Source: Octopus sinensis (lineage: Eukaryota). From it: a stretch of DNA of 64,000 nucleotides. Of this stretch, positions 37,520 to 52,900 are shown piece after piece. How positions within the stretch are numbered: position 1 is the first letter of the stretch; each line of letters begins with the position of its first letter. Where the stretch lies: the NCBI RefSeq assembly GCF_006345805.1, contig NC_043011.1, positions 48,000,464-48,064,463 on the forward strand, in the 5' to 3' direction. The translations under genes were made by a program, and so were the position numbers. The notes below the pieces were generated by a model that searched no databases, was not told the origin of the DNA, and saw nothing but the letters and a program-made list of their open reading frames with translations.

Positions 37520-37776
37520 TTTTTATATGGCACCAGCACCAGTGCTTACACACACACACACACACACACAAACAGAAAGATAGATAGAGAGAGTTAAAAG
37601 CACGTTTGTTGTACCCTACTTGATTTAATCACTGGGCAGTGGCCATGCTGGAGCATAACCAAAATACTTTTTTCATATTGTGTCACAACAATAAAATTCT
37701 TTGTAGATAATTAACTTTATTAATATCTACTGCCAACCCTGAGAATTAGCTTTTTATATGGCACCAGCACCAGTGG

Positions 37777-37817
<41 letters not shown>

Positions 37818-38430
37818 AACAGAAAGAGAGAAAGATAGATTTCTAGACAGAGTTAAAAGCACGTTTGTTGTACCGTACTTGTTTTAATCACTGGGCAGTG
37901 GCCATGCTGGGGCATAACCAAAATAATTTTTCCATATTGTGTTACAACGATAAAATTCTTTGTAGATAATCAATTTATAGGCACAGGAGTGGCTGTGTGG
38001 TAAGTAGCTTGCTAACCAACCACATGGTTCCGGGTTCAGTCCCACTGTATGGCATCTTGGGCAAGTGTCTTCTGCTATAGCCCCGGGCCGACCAATGCCT
38101 TGTGAGTGGATTTGGTAGACGGAAACTGAAAGAAGCCTGTCGTATATATGTATATATATGTATATGTGCATGTGTGAGTGTTTGTGTGTGTGTGTTTGTC
38201 CCCCTAGCATTGCTTGACAACCGATGCTGATGAGTTTACGTCCCCGTCACTTAGCGGTTTGGCAAAAGAGACCGATAGAATAAGTACTGGGCTTACAAAG
38301 AATAAGTCCCGGGGTCGATTTGTTTGACTAAAGGCGGTGCTCCAGCATGGCCGCAGTCAAATGACTGAAACCAGTAAAAGAATAAAGAGAGAGAGTTTAT
38401 TAATATCTACTACCATCTCTGAGAATTTAC
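37520..38430. repeat. Local ~230-bp tandem duplication; second copy carries a SINE A insertion
   Basis: TTTTATATGGCACCAGCACCAGTG...GTAGATAAT at 37520 and 37751; copy 2 resumes TTTATTAATATCTACT at 38396. Confidence 0.9.
37980..38395 (+). mobile_element. SINE family A, full length, TSD about TTTAT
   Basis: Near-consensus copy; TTTAT at 37974-37978 and 38396-38400. Confidence 0.93.
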
Positions 38431-38883
38431 TCATTAAAATTACATAATCCATACACCTGCATTTATCTATCTCTGTACCCAAACAAGTGTAACAAAGGTC
38501 AGAAATTATTTAGAAATTACTAATCAATGACAGATAACGTTACGATAAATCTTAATTATGAAATTTGATTACATTAGATGAGGTAAGTAAGATATACATG
38601 ATGAATACTAATTAATATGTCTAACACCTCTGTGCAGAATTTCTATCAACCGTATAATGAATATGTAATTTATCAGATGTACATTGGATGTAACAAACCA
38701 GATGTGCATTTCATGTGATACACAAGAAGTTTTGTGGTAATTATCTCTAGCGTGTGTTGTGTGTAGTGTTGTCATGGTGATTATCTCTATTGTGTGTGTG
38801 TGTGTGCATGTAGTGTTGCCTTGGTGATGACATCACTAGTGTATATATGTGTAGTATTAACATGGTGATTCTCTCAAGTGTGT

Positions 38884-40565
38884 GCAGATTCATTAGCATA
38901 CTGGGTAAAATGTTTGGTGGTATTTCGTCTGTATTTATGTTTTGGGTTCAAATTCTGACAAAGGTTGACTTTGTCGTTCTTCCTTTCAGGGTCGATAAAA
39001 TAAAGTACCAATTGAGTACTGAGATCGATGTAATTGACTTAGCTCTCCCCCAAAATTGCTGCCCTCGTGCTAAAAATTTGAAACCAAGCACATCATGTAA
39101 GGTGGCAATATGGCAGATTCATTAGCATACTGGGTGAAATGTTTGGTGGCGTTTCGTCTGTATTTATGTTTTGGGTTCAAATTCTGACAAAGGTTGACTT
39201 TGTCGTTCTTCCTTTCGGGGTCGATAAAATAAAGTACCAATTGAGTACTAAGATCGATGTAATTGACTTAGCTCTCCCCCAAAATTGCTGGCCTCGTGCT
39301 AAAAATTTGAAACCAAGCACATCATGTAAGGTGGCAATATGGCAGATTCATTAGCATACAGGGTGAAATGTTTAGGGGCATTTCGTCTGTATTTATGTTT
39401 TGGGTTCAAATTCTGACAAAGGTTGACTTTGTTGTTCTTCCTTTCAGGGTTGATAAAATAAAGTACCAATTGAGTACTAAGATCGATGTAATTGACTTAG
39501 CTCTCCCCCAAAATTGCTGTCCTCGTGCTAAAAATCTGAAACCAAGCACATCATGTAAGGTGGCAATATGGCAGATTCATTAGCATACTTGGTGAAATGT
39601 TTAGGGGCTTTTCGTCTGTATTTATGTTTTGGGTTCAAATTCTGCAAAGGTTGACTTTGTCGTTCTTCCTTTCGGGATCAATAAAATAAAGTGCCAATTG
39701 AGTACTAAGATCGATGTAATTGACTTACCACCCCCCAAAAAAAAAAATTGCTGGCCTTGTGCTAAAAATTTGAAACTAATATTCTGAAATAGTATTCTAG
39801 ATGTTAACGAACTTATTAGAGAACGGATTGTGATAGCAATGTTAGACATCAGGTATTGTGTTTTGGGTTCATCAAATTCTGCAAAGGTTGACTTTGTCGT
39901 TCTTCCTTTCGGGGTCGATAAAATAAAAAGTACACCAATTGAGTACTAAGATCGATGTAATTGACTTACTCTCCCCCACCCCAAATTGCTGGCCTTGTGC
40001 TAAAAATTTGAAACTAATATTCTGAAATAGTATTCTAGATGTTAACGAACTTATTAGAGAACGGATTGTGATAGCAATGTTAGCATCAGGTGTATTGTGT
40101 TTTGGGTTCAAATTCTGCAAAGGTTGACTTTGTCGTTCTTCCTTTCGGGGTCGATAAAATAAAGTACCAATTGAGTACTAAGATCGATGTAATTGACTTA
40201 CCTCTCCCCCACCCCAAATTGCTGGCCTTGTGCTAAAAATTTGAAACTAATATTCTGAAATAGTATTCTAGATGTTAACGAACTTATTAGAGAACGGATT
40301 GTGATAGCAATGTTAGACATCAGGTGTATTGTGTTTTGGGTTCAAATTCTGCAAAGGTTGACTTTGTCGTTCTTCCTTTCGGGGTCGATAAAATAAAGTA
40401 CCAATTGAGTACTAAGATCGATGTAATTGACTTACCTCCCCCACCCCAAATTGCTGGCCTTGTGCTAAAAATTTGAAACTAGTATTCTGAAATAGTATTA
40501 TCAGATGTTAACGAACTTATTAGAGAACGGATTGTGATGGCAATGTTAGACATCAGGTGTATTGT
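38884..40565 (+). repeat. SINE B2-derived tandem arrays: 229-bp units then ~235-bp units
   Basis: GCAGATTCATTAGC at 38884, 39113, 39342, 39571; TTTTGGGTTC at 39627, 39861, 40100, 40334. Confidence 0.95.
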
Positions 40566-40779
40566 ATGCAGACTGCTTGAATAAGTGCACATGCAGATGG
40601 ATGCACACAAACCTGCATCAAGTTAAAGGAAATATTGCACTGATGTTATAAAGAAAGATGCTGCATCATATAACAGTGTTTGTCTGCAAAGTGGATGCCA
40701 GAACATGTGATCTTCTCCAAGACACTATTGTTAAGACTTTTTTCTTTTTTGGCTTTAGATAGATACAATTATTATCATT

Positions 40780-40990
40780 ATCATTACTGCTGTGACCACA
40801 GCCTCAACCGCAACGAGTACCATCATCAGCATCATCATCACCATCATCACCATCACCACTACAATCACCATCACCATTGTTATAATCAATGCCTGAGTTC
40901 TTTCCCATCACTGCAATCACAAATAACACACATAGCCAGCATCTTGCTCATCACAATCACCACATTTACCTCTGTGAACATCAACATTAT

Positions 40991-41043
<53 letters not shown>

Positions 41044-41321
41044 CCATCATCACCATCATCACCATCACCACCATCACTACCACCACCACCATCATCATAA
41101 TCAGCAGCAGCAGCATTACCACCACCAACACCATCACCAGCACCATCATCATCATCACCACCACCATCACCACCAACATCACCATCAGCATCATCAGCAT
41201 CATCACCACCACTACCATCATCATCATCATCATCATCACCACTACCACCACCATCATCATGATCATCCTCATGATTATCATCATCATCATCATCATCACC
41301 ACCACCACCACCACCACCATT

Positions 41322-41362
<41 letters not shown>

Positions 41363-41447
41363 CATCACAATCAACAAATCAACATTATCTCCGGCATCAA
41401 CATTAGCACCACCGACATCACCAACAACATCAACAACAACACCATCG

Positions 41448-41488
<41 letters not shown>

Positions 41489-41960
41489 GTCATCATTACT
41501 GCTACCACTAGCATCATCACTACTAACATTAACACGACCGCCACCACGACGACCACCACCACCACCACGACCACCACCGCTATCATCATCATCATCATCA
41601 TCCACATCACAATCAACAAATCAACATTATCTCGGGCATCAACATTAGCACCACTGACATCACCAACAACAACAACAACACCATCGTCATCATCATCATC
41701 ATCATCATCATCATTACTGCTACCACTAGTATCATCACTACTAACATTACCACGCCCACCACGACCACGACCACCACAACTACTACCACCACCACCACCA
41801 CCACTATCATTATCATCATCATCATCATCGTCATCATTACTGCTACCACTAGTATCATCACTACTAACATTACCACGACCACCAACACGACCACCACCAA
41901 CACGACGACCACCACGACCACCACGACCACGACTACCACCACTATCATCATCATCATCTA
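40780..41960. repeat. (CAT)/(CAC)/(ACC) compound repeat with internal duplications
   Basis: CCACATCACAATCAACAAATCAACATTATCTC twice; TCATTACTGCTACCACTAG three times. Confidence 0.92.
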
Positions 41961-42209
41961 CGTATCAATATTATCTACGCGAATACAATAAAAAGTAAAA
42001 ACAAAAAAAGCCACAACAATACTGCAATGCAGCGCTGGATTTTGGTAAACTTTTATATGGAAACGGGAAATGATTCCAGAAATACCAATTTATTCCAATT
42101 CTATTTCCGATAAATAACAGTTTAAAAGCAGTAAAAATTATACCCAATGTAGAAGTTTGATAACCGAATATGATACCGACTCTCCATGTTTGGTTTTGAA
42201 TTAGGTAGG

Positions 42210-42672
42210 TGTATGTGTATGTGTGTGCACATGTGTGTGTATGCCGCTTGTTAGTGTGTGTGTGTGTATGCGCTTGTGAGTGTGTGTGTGTATGCGCTTG
42301 TGAGTGTGTGTGTGTATGTGTATATATATGTATATATATATATATATATATACATACACATACATATATTTATATATAGATATATTTATATGTGTATTTA
42401 TATATACATATATATTTATGTATATGTGTATATATATATATACTCACATATATATATATGTATGTATGCATATATGTGTATATATATATATATACATGTT
42501 TATATATATATACACTCATATGTATGTATATGTGTATATATACACATGTATGTATATATATGTATATATATATATATGTATGTGTGTATATATATGTATA
42601 TATATATATATATGTGTGTGTATATATATGTGTGTGTATATATGTGTGTGTATGTGTGTGTGTGCATATATA

Positions 42673-42708
<36 letters not shown>

Positions 42709-42730
42709 TGTATGTGCATGTATTGATGTG
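42210..42730. repeat. (TG)n/(TA)n/(TATG)n compound microsatellite
   Basis: Direct. Confidence 0.95.
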
Positions 42731-43064
42731 TATTGACGTGTGTTTGAAAGAGTATATTACATCATGTGTACACATGTGTGGGAATCCGTGAAGTATGTAT
42801 CTACATGTGGTGAGGAATGTATTTAAAGAGGTATGTGAGCATATATGTATTAATGTATATGTGTGTAATCCATTCCTCTTTGTTTCATCCATATAACTGC
42901 AAAACCCTTATGACACTACAAGAAGAGCTGTATCTACCAATAATAAGAATGTAAAAGGGCCACCTCAACAAAGGAACCAGAACAAACAAGGTAGTCAAAC
43001 AAGGGACCAATAATCTAGTGCTTACAAGTCTGAAACTGCCTTCTAATACAGCTCTCAAAAACCC

Positions 43065-43298
43065 CATTTTTAAAAATCTTTTATCTGTTGCTCATTATAT
43101 TTATCATTATTATCGTTTACTGTGGCCATGCTGGAGCATGACACAGCTGTGTGGTAAGAAGCTTGCTTCCCAACCACATGGTTCCGGGTTCAGTCCCACT
43201 GTGGGGATCTTTGGGTAAGTGTCTTCTACTTTAGCCTCGGGCCGACCAGAGCCTTGTGAGTTGATTTAGTAGATGGAAACTGAAAGAAGCCTGTTATG

Positions 43299-43341
<43 letters not shown>

Positions 43342-43977
43342 CAAATATATATATATATATATACTGTATGTATGTATTTACGTGTGTGGTTGTCTGGGTT
43401 TGTCCCCCACCTCCATCGCTTGACAACTGTTGTTGGTGTGTTTACATCCCCACAAACTTAGCTGCTCAGCAGAAGAGACTGATAGAATAAGCACCAGGCT
43501 TACAAAGTATAAGTCCAGGAGTCGATTTCTTTAACGAAAAGGCAGTAGGTCCAGCATGGCCACGTTCAAAGGATTAAAACACAAGAAAGAGTAAAATGAA
43601 TTACATCTATTTTATATATTATTAAGCCTGGTACTTATCTATTGGTCTCTCTTGCCAAACTGCTAAGTTACAGGGACATAAACACACTACCACTGGTTGT
43701 GAAGCAGTGGTGGGGACAAACACACCCACTCACATATACACACAGGGCTTCTTTCAGTTTCTTATTTATTTACTGCCCACAAGGGGTTACACAGAGGGGA
43801 CAAACAGGGACAGACAAACGGATTAAGTCGATTATATCGACCCCTGTGCATAACTGGTACTTATTTAATCGATCCCGAAAGGATGAAAGGCAAAGTCGAC
43901 CTCGGCGGAATTTCAACTCAGAACATAGCGGGAGACAAAATACCTATTTCCTTACTACCCACAAGGGACTAAACATA
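43065..43977. repeat. Left copy of a ~910-bp direct repeat (SINE A +, SINE A 3' part -, SINE B -)
   Basis: Near-identical to 57714-58624, including private SINE mutations (GTGGGGATCTTTGGGTAAG, GAGTTGATTTAGTAG). Confidence 0.95.
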
Positions 43978-46900
43978 AAATACGTAAATAACGTATATAA
44001 TGTAAATAATGTAAATAATGTAAATAATGTAAATAATGTAAATAATGTAAATAACGTATATAATGTAAATAATGTAAATAATGTAAATAATGTATATAAT
44101 GTAAATAATGTAAATAATGTATATAATATAAATAATGTAAAATAATGTAAATAATGTAAATAATGTAAATAACGTAAATAATGTAAATAACGTAAATAAC
44201 GTAAATAATGTAAATAATGTAAATAACGTAAATAACGTAAATAATGTAAATAATGTAAATATGTAAATAACGTATATAATGTAAATAATGTAAATAACGT
44301 ATATAACGTAAATAACGTAAATAACGTAAATAATGTATATAACGTAAATAACGTAAATAATGTATATAATGTAAATAACGTAAATAATGTAAATAATGTA
44401 AATAATGTAAATAATGTAAATAACGTAAATAATGTAAATAATGTAAATAATGTAAATAACGTAAATAACGTAAATAATGTAAATAATGTAAATAATGTAA
44501 ATAACGTAAATAACGTAAATAATGTATATAATGTAAATAATGTAAATAACGTAAATAATGTAAATAACGTATATAATGTAAATAATGTAAATAATGTATA
44601 TAATGTAAATAATGTAAATAATGTAAATAATGTATATAATGTAAATAATGTATATAATGTAAATAATGTAAATAATGTAAATAATGTAAATAATGTAAAT
44701 AATGCATATAATGTAAATAATGTAAATAATGTTAATAATGTAAATAATGTAAATAATGTAAATAATGCTAATAATGTTAATAATGTAAATAATGTAAATA
44801 ATGTTAATAATGTAAATAATGTAAATAATGTTAATAATGTAAATAATGTAAATAATGTAAATAATGTTAATAATGTAAATAATGTAAATAATGTAAATAA
44901 CGTAAATAATGTATATAATGTAAATAATGTAAATAACGTAAATAATGTAAATAATGTAAATAACGTATATAATGTAAATAATGTAAATAATGTATATAAT
45001 GTAAATAATGTAAATAATGTATATAATGTAAATAATGTAAATAATGTAAATAATGTAAATAATGTAAATAATGTATATAATGTAAATAATGTAAATAATG
45101 TAAATAATGTAAATAATGTAAATAATGTAAATAATGTAAATAATGTATATAATGTAAATAATGTAAATAATGTATATAATGTAAATAATGTAAATAATGT
45201 AAATAATGTATATAATGTAAATAATGTATATAATGTAAATAATGTAAATAATGTATATAATGTAAATAATGTTAATAATGTAAATAACGTAAATAATGTA
45301 AATAACGTAAATAATGTAAATAATGTAAATAATGTAAATAATGTAAATAATGTAAATAATGTAAATAATGTAAATAACGTAAATAATGTAAATAATGTAA
45401 ATAATGTAAATAATGTAAATAACGTAAATAACGTAAATAATGTATATAATGTAAATAATGTAAATAACGTAAATAATGTAAATAACGTATATAATGTAAA
45501 TAACGTAAATAATGTAAATAATGTAAATAATGTAAATAATGTAAATAATGTATATAATGTAAATAATGTAAATAATGTAAATAATGTATATAATGTAAAT
45601 AATGTATATAATGTAAATAATGTAAATAATGTAAATTATGTAAATAATGTAAATAATGTAAATAATGTAAATAATGTAAATAACGTAAATAATGTAAATA
45701 ATGTAAATAATGTAAATAATGTAAATAATGTAAATAACGTAGATAATGTAAATAACGTAAATAATGTAAATAATGTATATAATATAAATAATGTAAATAA
45801 TGTAAATAATGTAAATAATGTAAATAATGTATATAATGTATATAATGTATATAATGTAAATAATGTATATAATGTAAATAATGTAAATAATGTAAATAAC
45901 GTAAATAACGTAAATAACGTATATAATGTAAATAATGTAAATAACGTAAATAACGTATATAATGTAAATAACGTATATAACGTAAATAACGTATATAATG
46001 TAAATAACGTATATAATGTAAATAACGTAAATAACGTAAATAATGTAAATAATGTAAATAATGTAAATAATGTAAATAACGTAAATAATGTAAATAATGT
46101 AAATAATGTAAATAATGTATATAATGTAAATAATGTATATAATGTAAATAATGTAAATAATGTAAATAATGTAAATTATGTAAATAATGTATATAATGTA
46201 AATAATGTAAATAACGTAAATAATGTATATAATGTAAATAATGTATATAACGTAAATAATGTAAATAATGTAAATAATGTAAATAACGTAAATAATGTAA
46301 ATAATGTAAATAACGTAAATAATGTAAATAATGTAAATAACGTAAATAACGTATATAATGTAAATAATGTATATAATGTAAATAATGTATATAATGTAAA
46401 TAATGTATATAATGTAAATAATGTAAATAATGTAAATAATGTATATAATGTAAATAATGTAAATAACGTAAATAACGTATATAATATAAATAATGTAAAT
46501 AATGTAAATAATGTATATAATGTAAATAATGTAAATAATGTATATAATGTAAATAATGTAAATAATGTAAATAACGTATATAATGTAAATAATGTAAATA
46601 ACGTAAATAATGTAAATAATGTAAATAATGTAAATAATGTAAATAATGTATATAATGTAAATAATATAAATAATGTAAATAATGTAAATAATGTAAATAA
46701 TGTAAATAATGTATATAATGTATATATTGTAAATAATGTAAATAATATAAATAATGTAAATAATGTAAATAATGTAAATAACGTAAATGACGTAAATAAT
46801 GTAAATAATGTATATAACGTAAATAACGTAAACAACGTAAATAATGTAAATAATGTAAATAACGTAAATAACGTAAATAACGTAAATAATGTAAATAACG

Positions 46901-49900
46901 TAAATAATGTAAATAACGTAAATAATGTAAATAATGTAAATAATGCTAATAATGTAAATAATGTAAATAACGGAAATAACGTAAATAATGTAAATAATGT
47001 AAATAATGTAAATAATGTAAATAATGTATATAATGTATATAATGTAAATAACGTATATAATGTAAATAATGTATATAATATAAATAATGTATATAATGTA
47101 AATAATGTAAATAATGTAAATAATGTAAATAATGTATATAATGTAAATAATGTAAATAATGTAAATAATGTAAATGACGTAAATAATGTAAATAATGTAA
47201 ATAATGTAAATAACGTAAATAATGTAAATAATGTAAATGATGTAAATAACGTAAATAATGTAAATAATGTAAATAATGTAAATAACGTAAATAATGTAAA
47301 TAACGTAAATAACGTAAATAATGTAAATAATGTAAATAACGTAAATAACGTAAATAATGTAAATAATGTAAATAATGTAAATAACGTATATAATGTAAAT
47401 AATGTAAATAGCGTATATAACGTAAATAACGTAAATAATGTATATAACGTAAATAACGTAAATAATGTATATAATGTAAATAACGTAAATAATGTAAATA
47501 ATGTAAATAATGTAAATAACGTAAATAATGTAAATAATGTAAATAATGTAAATAATGTGAATAACGTAAATAATGTAAATAATGTAAATAATGTAAATAA
47601 TGTAAATAACGTAAATAACGTAAATAATGTATATAATGTAAATAATGTAAATAACGCAAATAATGTAAATAACGTATATAATGTAAATAATGTAAATAAT
47701 GTAAATAATGTAAATAATGTAAATAATGTAAATAATGTATATAATGTAAATAATGTAAATAATGTAAATAATGTAAATAATATAAATAAAGTAAATAATG
47801 TAAATAATGTAAATAATGTAAATAATGTAAATAATGTAAATAATGTATATAATGTAAATAATGTAAATAATGTAAATAATGTATATAATGTAAATAATGT
47901 ATATAATGTAGATAATGTGAATAATGTAAATAATGTAAATAATGTAAATAACGTAAATAATGTAAATAATGTAAATAATGTAAATAATGTAAATAACGTA
48001 AATAATGTAAATAACGTAAATAATGTAAATAATGTATATAATATAAATATTGTAAATAATGTAAATAATGTAAATAATGTAAATAATGTAAATAATGTAT
48101 ATAATGTAAATAAGTAACTAATGTAAATAATGTATATAAGTATATAACGTAAATAATGTAAATAATGTAAATAATGTAAATAATGTAAATAATGTAAATA
48201 ATGTATAATGTATATAATGTAAATAATGTATATAATGTAAATAATGTAAATAATGTAAATAACGTAAATAACGTAAATAACGTATATAATGTAAATAATG
48301 TAAATAACGTAAATAACGTATATAATGTAAATAACGTATATAACGTAAATAACGTATATAACGTAAATAACGTATATAATGTAAATAACGTATATAATGT
48401 AAATAACGTAAATAACGTAAATAATGTAAATAATGTAAATAATGTAAATAATGTAAATAACGTAAATAATGTAAATAATGTAAATAATGTAAATAATGTA
48501 AATAATGTAAATAATGTAAATAATGTATATAATGTAAATAATGTAAATAACGTAAATAATGTAAATAATGTAAATAATGTAAATAATGTAAATAATGTAT
48601 ATAATGTAAATAATGTAAATAATGTAAATAACGTATATAATGTAAATAATGTAAATAACGTAAATAACGTATATAATGTAAATAACGTATATACGTAAAT
48701 AACGTATATAACGTAAATAACGTATATAATGTAAATAACGTATATAATGTAAATAACGTAAATAACGTAAATAATGTAAATAATGTAAAATAGTAAAAAT
48801 AATGTAAATAACGTAAATAATGTAAATAATGTAAATAATGTAAATAATGTAAATAATGTAAATAATGTAAATATGTAAATAATGTATATAATGTAAATAA
48901 TGTAAATAACGTAAATAATGTAAATAATGTAAATAATGTAAATAATGTAAATAAGTATATATAATGTAAATAATGTAAATAATGTAAATAACGTATATAA
49001 TGTAAATAATGTAAATAACGTAAATAATGTAATATAATGTAAATAATGTAAAATGTATGTAAATAATGTATATAATGTAAATAATATAAATAATGTAAAT
49101 AATGTAAATAATGTAAATAATGTAAATAATGTATATAATGTAAATAATGTAAATAATGTAAATAATGTAAATAATGTAAATAATGTAAATAATGTAAATA
49201 ATGTATATAATGTAAATAATGTAAATAACGTAAATAATGTAAATAATGTAAATAATGTAAATAATGTAAATAATGTATATAATGTAAATAATGTAAATAA
49301 TGTAAATAACGTATATAATGTAAATAATGTAAATAACGTAAATAATGTATATAATGTAAATAATGTAAATAATGTAAATAATGTATATAATGTAAATAAT
49401 ATAAATAATGTAAATAATGTAAATAATGTAAATAATGTATATAATGTATATAATGTAAATAATGTAAATAATATAAATAATGTAAATAATGTAAATAACG
49501 TAAATGACGTAAATAATATAAATAATGTATATAACGTAAATAACGTAAATAATGTAAATAATGTAAATAATGTAAATAATGTAAATAATGTAAATAATGT
49601 AAATAACGTAAATAACGTAAATAACGTAAATAATGTAAATAACGTAAATAATGTAAATAACGTAAATAATGTATATAATGTAAATAATGTATATAATGTA
49701 AATAATGTATATAATATAAATAATGTATATAATGTAAATAATGTAAATAATGTAAATAATGTAAATAATGTATATAATGTAAATAATGTAAATAATGTAA
49801 ATAATGTAAATAATGTAAATGATGTAAATAACGTAAATAATGTAAATAACGTAAATAATGTATATAACGTAAATAATGTAAATAACGTAAATAATGTATA

Positions 49901-52900
49901 TATCGTAAATAATGTAAATAACGTAAATAATGTATATAACGTAAATAATGTAAATAACGTAAATAATGTAAATAATGTAAATGATGTATATAATGTAAAT
50001 AATGTAAATAATGTAAATAATGTAAATAATGTAAATAATGTAAATAATGTAAATAATGTATATAATGTAAATAATGTAAATAACGTAAATAATGTAAATA
50101 ACGTAAATAATGTAAATAACGTAAATAATGTATATAACGTAAATAATGTAAATAACGTAAATAATGTAAATAACGTAAATAATGTAAATAACGTAAATAA
50201 TGTAAATAATGTAAATAATGCATATAATGTAAATAATGTAAATAATGTAAATAATGTAAATAATGTAAATAATGTAAATAATGTATATAATGTAAATAAT
50301 GTAAATAATGTAAATAATGTAAATAATGTAAATAATGTAAATAATGTATATAAAGTAAATAATGTAAATAATGTAAATAATGTATATAATGTAAATAATG
50401 TATATAATGTAAATAATGTATATAATGTAAATAATGTAAATAATGTATATAAAGTAAATAATGTAAATAATGTAAATAATGTATATAATGTAAATAATGT
50501 ATATAATGTAAATAATGTAAATAATGTAAATAATGTATATAATGTAAATAATGTAAATAATGTAAATAATGTATATAATGTAAATAATGTAAATAATGTA
50601 AATAATGTAAATAATGTAAATGTAAATAATGTAAATAATGTATATAATGTAAATAATGTAAATAATGTAAATAATGTAAATAACGTAAATAATGTAAATA
50701 ATGTATATAATGTAAATAACGTAAATAATGTAAATAATGTAAATAATGTATATAATGTAAATAATGTAAATAATGTAAATAATGTATATAAAGTAAATAA
50801 TGTAAATAATGTAAATAATGTATATAATGTAAATAATGTAAATAATGTAAATAATGTAAATTACGTAAATAATGTAAATAACGTAAATAACGTAAATAAT
50901 GTAAATAATGTAAATAATGTAAATAATGTATATAATGTAAATAATGTAAATAATGTAAATAATGTATATAATGTAAATAATGTATATAATGTAAATAATG
51001 TAAATAATGTAAATAATGTATATAATGTAAATAATGTTAATAATGTAAATAACGTAAATAATGTAAATAACGTAAATAATGTAAATAATGTAAATAATGT
51101 AAATAACGTAAATAACGTAAATAATGTAAATAATGTAAATAACGTATATAATGTAAATAATGGAAATAATGTAAATAATGTAAATAATGTAAATAATGTA
51201 TATAATGTAAATAATGTAAATAATGTAAATAATGTATATAATGTATATAATGTAAATAACGTAAATAATGTAAATAATGTAAATAATGTAAATAACGTAA
51301 ATAATGTAAATAATGTAAATAATGTAAATAATGTATATAATGTAAATAATGTAAATAATGTAAATAATTATGTAATGTAAATAATGTAAATAATGTATAT
51401 AATATAAATAATGTAAATAACGTAAATAATGTAAATAATGTAAATAATGTAAATAATGTAAATAATGTAAATAATGTATATAATGTAAATAATGTAAATA
51501 ACGTAAATAATGTAAATAATGTAAATAATGTAAATAACGTAAATAATGTAAATAACGTAAATAAGGTAAATAACGTAAATAACGTAAATAACGTATATAA
51601 CGTATATAATGTATATAATGTAAATAACGTAAATAATGTAAATAATGTAAATAATGTAAATAACGTAAATAATGTAAATAATGTAAATAATGTAAATAAC
51701 GTATATAATGTAAATAATGTAAATAATGTAAATAATGTAAATAATGTAAATAATGTAAATAACGTATATAATGTAAATAATGTAAATAAAGTAAATAATG
51801 TATATAATGTAAATAATGTAAATAATGTATATAATATAAATAATGTAAATAATGTAAATAATGTAAATAATGTAAATAACGTAAATAATGTAAATAACGT
51901 AAATAACGTAAATAATGTAAATAATGTAAATAACGTAAATAACGTAAATAATGTAAATAATGTAAATAATGTAAATAACGTATATAATGTAAATAAAGTA
52001 AATAACGTATATAACGTAAATAACGTAAATAACGTAAATAATGTATATAACGTAAATAACGTAAATAATGTATATAATGTAAATAACGTAAATAATGTAA
52101 ATAATGTAAATAATGTAAATAACGTAAATAACGTAAATAATATAAATAACGTAAATAACGTAAATAACGTAAATAATGTAAATAATGTAAATAATGTAAA
52201 TAACGTAAATAATGTATATAATGTAAATAATGTAAATAACGTAAATAATGTAAATAACGTATATAATGTAAATAATGTAAATAATGTAAATAATGTAAAT
52301 AATGTAAATACTGTAAATAATGTAAATAATGTAAATAATGTAAATAATGTATATAATGTAAATAATGTAAATATGTATATAATGTAAATAATGTAAAATG
52401 TAAATAATGTAAATAATGTAAATAATGTAAATAATGTAAATAATGTAAATAACGTAAATAACGTAAATAATGTAAATAATGTAAATAATGTAAATAATAA
52501 CGTAAATAATGTATATAATGTAAATAATGTAAATAACGTAAATAATGTAAATAACGTAAATAATGTAAATAACGTATATAACGTAAATAACGTAAATAAT
52601 GTATATAATGTAAATAATGTAAATAATGTAAATAATGTATATAATGTAAATAATGTAAATAATGTAAATAATGTAAATAATGTAAATAACGTAATAGTAA
52701 ATAATGTAAATAATGTAAATAACGTAAATAATGTAAATAACGTAAATAATGTAAATAACGTATATAATGTAAATAATGTAAATAATGTAAATAATGTATA
52801 TAATGTAAATAATGTATAATGCAAATAATGTAAATAATGTAAATATGTAAATAATGCAAATAATGTAAATAATGTAAATAATGTAAATAATGTATATAAT

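Noticed and set aside
40680-41998. His-rich, Ile-rich and Asp/Gly-rich ORFs (also 16251-17318, 24125-24784, 36845-37280)
   Set aside because: Trinucleotide repeats open in several frames at once, with no splice or domain support
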